From Amoebidium appalachense (lineage: Eukaryota > Protista > Ichthyosporea): a DNA stretch of 64,000 nt. The DNA lies in the NCBI GenBank assembly GCA_963693365.1, contig CAVNZM010000004.1, forward strand, positions 10,568,468 to 10,632,467, in the 5' to 3' direction. Numbering within the stretch: the first letter of the stretch is position 1; every line of letters begins with the position of its first letter. Below are positions 57,611 to 64,000 of the stretch, piece by piece. Both the position numbers and the translations under genes were made by a program. The notes under the pieces were generated by a model. That model searched no databases, was not told the origin of the DNA, and saw only the letters and a list, made by a program, of their open reading frames with translations.

Positions 57611-59392
57611 GGGGGTAAGTGGGTGTGTGTGTTGGGGGAAGGGGAGGAAGTAGTGTGTGTACGTGTGTGTGTGTGTGTGTAGAGCGGGGGGAGGGGGAGG
57701 GGGGGGGGAGGGGGGTATGTGTGTTTGGGGAGGAAGGGCGGAGGGGAGGGAGGGTGGGGGAAGAGGGGAGGAAGAAGTGGGTCATTAAGAAAAAAAATAA
57801 AAAAATGAAAATTGTTCAAGAGGTGGAAAAGGGGAGAATTGAGGGTTGTAGGGAGGACAAGAGTGAAATCGTTTCATTGTTGGTGGGAAAGAGGAAGGAA
57901 GCAGGAGGGATGGGCCAGCAAATCTCCACAAGTCCGTGGTGCCTTATCACAACATACAAATGTGGGCCCCTGCCAGGGCACGTGTAAGCCAGATGCATCA
58001 ACAGATACTGCATCAATAAAAGGGCAACCCAAGAGAACACGCAAATGGCAGAGAAAGCAAGCCACCAACAAGAAGGGGGGGGGTGGGGAGGGGTTGGGGT
58101 GCATCGAGGCAATGCAAAACACAGCAAAAATACTTACAACGGTGACACACAGAGAATACAAGGACTCACAACCGAGTTGCTTACAAGCAAGCACCCAACA
58201 CACTACACAACTACACCGAAAAAAGGCTGCGGCGGTGGTAGGGGGACGGCGGGGGGCGGGGGGGGGGGGGGGGGGGGGGGGGGAGGGGGAGGGGGGGGGT
58301 GCCAACAGCAAAACAGCACCGGGGGAGGAGAAGAGGGGGGGGAAGGGGGGGGGGGGGGGGGGGTTTCTCAAAAATTCGGGGAAGTGGGTGGGGGGGAAGG
58401 GGATGGCCGTACCCTGGGTACTGTAGCCGGGCCCACCAACGCCGCCGGCCCTTCCCCTTGCATCCCGCCCGCACCCCCACTCACCAACCCCTCCACCTGC
58501 GAAAAACTCGACCACCTTCTCCTCCCTGCTGACACCTTGGCCCCTTCCGATAAAACCCCACCATCCTCCACACCAAAAACAACTCGTGGCGAAATTGCGA
58601 AAGTGTCTTTGTCAAAGGAGTCGACGTCGGATACATGTGTGCCGTTAAGGTCCGAAAGGTGGGGGGTCTGTGGTGGTGGTTGTGGGGGGTTTACAGCCCC
58701 AATTTTGAGTTGTTGGGTAGCATGGGCTAGACGGGACATAAATGTCTGTGTTGCTTGTGTTAAGGTAGTGATTGCCGCAGTGTTCCCTGCCGAATCCCCC
58801 TCTACCATGCGCGAAGGAACACCGCTTAGACCCCCACGTGATGAAAATCGTGGCTCCAACACAATCAACTCTGCCGAATTCTCACGCACAAATGCCGCCG
58901 CTTTATCAAACCCCTTCCACAACGACGTTATCGCCGCTAAAATCTGTTCAGACGCAACCCGTGCACGTGGGCCACCCAAGCCCAATTGTGCCTCTTGGAT
59001 GGAAAGGGAACGAAACTGCACGGAGAGCATACGACACACCTGTGAGCCGTGTTCTAGCGTGTTCTGTAGTCTCATGCATGCGGATGTGCGGACACGACGC
59101 ACTTCCGATTGGTCAATGAGTGGTGCGTCAACGGATGTGATTGGTGCGTTGAAGGATTGGGTGTGGGAGGTGGTTGCGTCGACCGTTGTGGGTGAGTCTG
59201 GGGGGAAGAAGTTGTTGGGGGTGTGAGTGGGGGTGTGGGTGTGTGGGTGTGTGGGGTGCGGCGTGTGGACTATGGGCCGTATCGAAAAACATCTCAGGGT
59301 TGGCATTTTTTGCGTGCGTTTCCAAGTGTGTGCGTTTTTGGTGCGTGTGAGCTTGTGTACGCGCGTATGTGTGTGTGCGTGTGCGTGTGCGT

Positions 59393-59462
<70 letters not shown>

Positions 59463-61259
59463 GGGGGGGGGGGGGAGGGGGGGGGGGGGGGGGGGGGGGG
59501 CATCTCCATGTGTAGGGTGTTTGTGTGCGTGTATGGTCTGGATACTGTCGCTAGAACGGAAACAGTACCCAACTGCATACACAGGTATACCAGGAGTCCA
59601 CTACAGTAAAATGACCAGCCCACACGACAACATATTATCCTTCTTTCTGTCCTCAATTCCTTGATAACATAAACAAAACAGAGGGGAATGAAAGAAGAAA
59701 AAAAAGGCTATAAAGACGGGGAGGAGGAGGAGGAGGAGGAGGAGGAGGAGGAGGAGGAGGAGGAGGAGGAGGGGGGGGAGGGGGGGGGGGGGAGGCATTG
59801 TACTAGGGATCAAAGGCATACAGGGGGGGACAACACAAAAAACCCTCGACTGTACACCTGGCACACAAACAACAGCGAACGAAATAATAATCCAACAATC
59901 CACCCTAACACACTATGTGAATAAACCACACACGTGTGCTGCATGTTACCTTGTGTCTGTACAGGTGTAGCCACTAGTGCCAGATACGTTGCAATCTTGG
60001 CCAGGCACGCCCTTAGATCTCCCAACGTATCCAATAGATCAAACGCACGTGCACGGAGTGTGCGCGGCCAATCATTCGCCCCCGATGCTTCCTCGACAGC
60101 TAGCGTGTGGTATGGCATTAACCCGTCGGCAAATAGTGCTACCGATTCGGCCGATCGTGCGATGTCCGCCAACGTTGGGGGGTTTAATGGGGTCGTTATG
60201 GAGTCCGTGGTGGAGGTGCATGCTGCCTGTGTTTTTGCAAGCAGTGTGTAGACCCCTTTGAGAGCTGTACCGTGACTGGATAGTCGCACATGCAACCTGT
60301 GATAATGCATGTGTCAGTGCACGTGTACGCTAGAGAGACCAAAGTGGAGGTTTGTGGGAGCATGGTTTTAAACATCCAAGAACAGAGAAAAAAGCACATG
60401 CATGTATACACACAGTCACATATACATGCAAGCCAACGAGAATTACCTTGCCTGTGCGCACACACCCCAAGCGTTCTTTGAATAAGTGTGTCAATGAATG
60501 GTGAAGAGGGATGCGAGAGAACAAAACAGGAGGGTGAGGTACGCGAGGGTGGGAGGAATGAGGAAAGAAGGGAGGAGAATGAAAAAGAGGGACACAGGCC
60601 GAGAGCTCGTGTCTCAGCTATATAGATGCCCTGTGTAGGTGTGTGCGTGTAGTTCTGTGAGTGTGCGTGTGTAAGTATATATGCCTGTATATGGCTGTGC
60701 ACATGCGCATGTGCCTATGGGGGCGTGTGCACGTCTATTTATTTGATTGTGCATGTCCACATATACGTACTTGTGTGTGCAGGTGCATGTAGGTAGATAC
60801 ACGTAAGAGGTTGTTCGCACGTATACGTTTCTGAATCGACTAAAGACAGCAGGAAAGACAATAACAGCGCAAGAATGTGTGTGGGTGTGTGCATTTGTTT
60901 GTGTGCATGCAAGTGCGTGCACCGCTGTGCGCCTACCTATGTACCTTGGTGTCCAGTGTGTATGTGGGCTTACTTGTGTGCAGGTGTGTGTATATTTGCA
61001 TATAAAAAACGTCAGGGTGCATATTGTTTCACCTGTTAGCAGCGGCAGGCAACTGCGCACCATCAGGGACACTTGCTTGGACCCTCTCCGCCTGGCAGGC
61101 CCACAGGTCAGCAAAGGCCGCAACCAATGGCTGGCAGGCAGTGAGTCCACGTGCAAACAGTGACTGCAGGTGTAGGTGCGCACGACGGTCATAGCCCCCC
61201 AGCGTGTACTGGTCGTACAGGGGGTTACCCGCAAGAGGTATTGGTGTCTGTGGCCGGAG

Positions 61260-61308
<49 letters not shown>

Positions 61309-61420
61309 GGGGGGGGGGGGGGGGGGGGATGGAGAGGAGGGGAGGGAGAGGAGGGGAGGGAGGGGAGGGGAGGGAGGGAGAGGGGGGAGGGGGGGGGAGG
61401 GAGAAATGTGTATAGGGGTG

Positions 61421-61458
<38 letters not shown>

Positions 61459-61725
61459 TGTATGTGTTCACCAGGGGTGGTGGGAGGGGAGAGGGAGAGT
61501 GAGCAATATGAATCACAGTGCTACAACTATCCCGTGAGTAAAGGGAAGGGGTGGGGAGGAAAGGGAGGGGGGTACTCCATCAACCACGTCTCCAAAGCAT
61601 CCCCCTCACTCCCCCCCTCCTCCCCCTTCCCACCGTCAAAAAACAAAATACGCAAACCAACACCACCACATGCAGGGGTAGGTAGTGCCTCACTCACCAG
61701 GCACATAACACAATCTGATACCCTT

Positions 61726-61771
<46 letters not shown>

Positions 61772-62379
61772 GAATATATATCTGATCAGACATACGCACA
61801 CACTCGCACATAACTACTGCGGGCCCAGCTTTATTCCCATCCCCCTCCCCCCCCCCCCCCCCCCCCCCCCCCCCACACACACACACTTCCTTCCACCCAC
61901 CCACCCACCCACGACGCCCATGCCCACACCCACACCCACGCCCACCCACCCACCCACCCACCAACACACCCACCCACCCACCCACCTGAGCATGCAGTGC
62001 GGTTCTAGCGGCAGCCAAGTCTGCCCTTGTCTGTTCTATCTGGGCCACCAGACGTGCCCTCTCAGCCTCATGGTTGTACAGACTGGTGCGGAGTTCATGT
62101 CGCAGCTCCTTCACCCTGGGTGCGAGGAGAGACTGTGAGTGGCTTGAACTTGATTGTGTGATAGTGGAGACGAAAGAAAGGGGGGAAAGGGTAGAGTCGG
62201 AGGGGGGGGAATGGGAAGGGTGGGGGGGGGCACGGAGTGGGTGGGTGGGAGGGTAGGGGGAGAGGTTTGGGGGAGGGGGGGAGGGAGAGGGGGTGGGGGG
62301 GTGGGGAGGGGTGACTCCAAGGGTGTTGGAGTACAGACAGAATATGATCAAATGCAGTGGTGACTGAGATGGTGACCCC

Positions 62380-62428
<49 letters not shown>

Positions 62429-62695
62429 CGTGTATGCACGGCCATGTGTGGTGGTGGTGGTGGAAAGGGTATGGATGGTAGGAGGCAGAATGCTGCTTTT
62501 TAGGTCTTCAAGGACAGCTAAAAATGCACAGTTCCTGCATTTGCAGAATCTAGGCTCACTCAATCCCCCCCCCCATCTCCCACCCCCCACCCCCACCCCC
62601 CTTTAAATGCAGCTCCCTTCCCTTCCTCCCCTCCATCTAGTTGTGCGCGCCTGTGTGTAAAGGTTTTGGGTCCGGCGGCACAAACGAGTCCACTT

Positions 62696-62744
<49 letters not shown>

Positions 62745-63859
62745 GTAGGGCATGTACGTGTGCACGTGCATGTGCGGCTGGAGGGGGTGCAGACCCACCT
62801 TGCACGTAGCTCCTCTGTTTCCTCTGCCGCCCTCTTCTCAGCCTCCATTTGGGCAGCCCGGACTTGCTCAGCCTCCAATCTAGAAATGATAAGTTGACCA
62901 AGAAGAGGAAGGGGGGGGGGGGGGGGATGAGAGGAGGGAGGGGGCGGGAGGGGGAGGGAGACAGAAAGGTGAGGCAGTGGGGGGAGGGGGGGAGAGAGAG
63001 AGAGCGAGGGGGGGGGGGGGGGGGGAGGGGTTAGCAAGGGAGGGGGGACGAGTAGAGGAGAGAGGGGAGGCTGTGTTATATATTAGCGAGCAGACCATGC
63101 AGAACAGGCCTTCATTTGAACAAAGCCCGTGTGGTGCATGTGTGTGCCTGTAGATGCCATGTCTGCTGTGGTTGCTTATGTGACCGTGTAGACGTGCAAG
63201 TGTTTGTGTGAGTGAGATTGGTTTTTTCTTGTGTGGGCCCATAACACAGTAGCACACGTACAAACAGCACACCAATTACGCTGCATGTGCATGCTAGTGT
63301 ATCACAGCGACAACAGCAACCACCAAAGCTAACTGCGCTGCAAATCCCAACGCGTCAGCACTCACCACACATAATCTGCTACCCCTATAAATCCCTTTCC
63401 CCCCCTCCCCCCCCCCCACCACCACCACCACACACACACACCATCGGGATTCGCCTCTACCTCCACGAACCTTCGCTCCACCGAATCACCCAATTCCCCC
63501 GCTCACACACCCAAACACACCCATCCAGGCAAAGATGCCCCCCCCCCCCCCCAAAAAAACACACCCCAACCTCCCCCCTTCTCCCACACACACACACACA
63601 TATTCACCTATCCTCCCCCTCCTCCCTCTCTACGCACCCATCCCCCCCCCCCCCACCCAACCCCCCCATTCCCCCTCAACCCCCAAACCTGCCCGCCCCC
63701 CCAGGCACCTTCCCCACCCCCCCCCACACCCCACCTTGCAGCCTGCAAATCTGCCTCCACCCTCTTCAGCCTGTCGCTAGCTCTTGCCTGGTCAGTGGCC
63801 ATCTGCCTGCGTAGCTCATCGATGGTCTTGTGTGCCTGCTCCGTCTCCCCTATCTTCGC
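56653..63859 (-). CDS. PPP1R21: PPP1R21 / KLRAQ1 (FERRY complex subunit Fy-2) homolog, 5'-incomplete (continues beyond the window)
   Basis: Phase-consistent exons 63859-63735, 62879-62799, 62115-61986, 61247-61033, 60296-59950, 59197-58413, 57423-56653. The C-terminal [14 protein letters not shown]...[19 protein letters not shown]...[24 protein letters not shown] resembles my recollection of the animal PPP1R21 C-terminal (TTKRSYEDQ) domain. [11 protein letters not shown]...LRARAFDL...[12 protein letters not shown] resembles its central helical region. The N-terminal exons are coiled-coil. Recognition is from memory, not from a search. Confidence 0.85.
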
Positions 63860-64000
63860 CTGCACACACAGAGCTTAGCACCTTACACCCCTGCCCCCTT
63901 CCTCCCCTCCCCAACCCCTTCTCTCTCTTTCTTCTCGTGCTTCTTTCCCTCGCCCTCCCCCCTCGCCCCCTTACCCCCACCCAACAGCACCCACCCCCAC

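Noticed and set aside
58045-59226. 393-aa plus-strand ORF
   Set aside because: Antisense shadow of the large PPP1R21 exon plus G-rich repeats.

Overview
Eukaryotic, intron-rich genomic DNA with GT-AG introns packed with (CA)n/(GT)n, (CT)n and poly-C/poly-G tracts. These tracts generate most of the spurious ORFs in the supplied track. Hand-splicing supports four genes. (1) + strand 2470-32784: a ~42-exon, ~2800-aa receptor tyrosine kinase (RTK) with signal peptide, Cys-rich module, 20 single-exon EGF repeats, a Thr-rich mucin stalk, ~800 aa of 17/18-residue hexapeptide-type beta-solenoid repeats, one TM helix, an intact HRDLAARN kinase and a tail of repeated YQxM motifs. (2) + strand 35285-41245: a White/ABCG half-transporter. 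(3) - strand 50547-48700: a two-exon gene joining a Q50 PRD-like homeodomain to a helix-loop-helix that lacks a basic region. (4) - strand, entering from the right edge and ending at 56653: a PPP1R21 (FERRY Fy-2) homolog. The gene set suggests a holozoan, possibly a unicellular relative of animals (inference only). The best candidates for new biology are the EGF-mucin-beta-helix RTK and the homeodomain/non-basic HLH fusion. Also present: MITE-like inverted repeats, a perfect 58-bp antisense copy of coding sequence downstream of PPP1R21, and polarised microsatellite intron architecture. All exon models are read by eye, with no transcript or database support.
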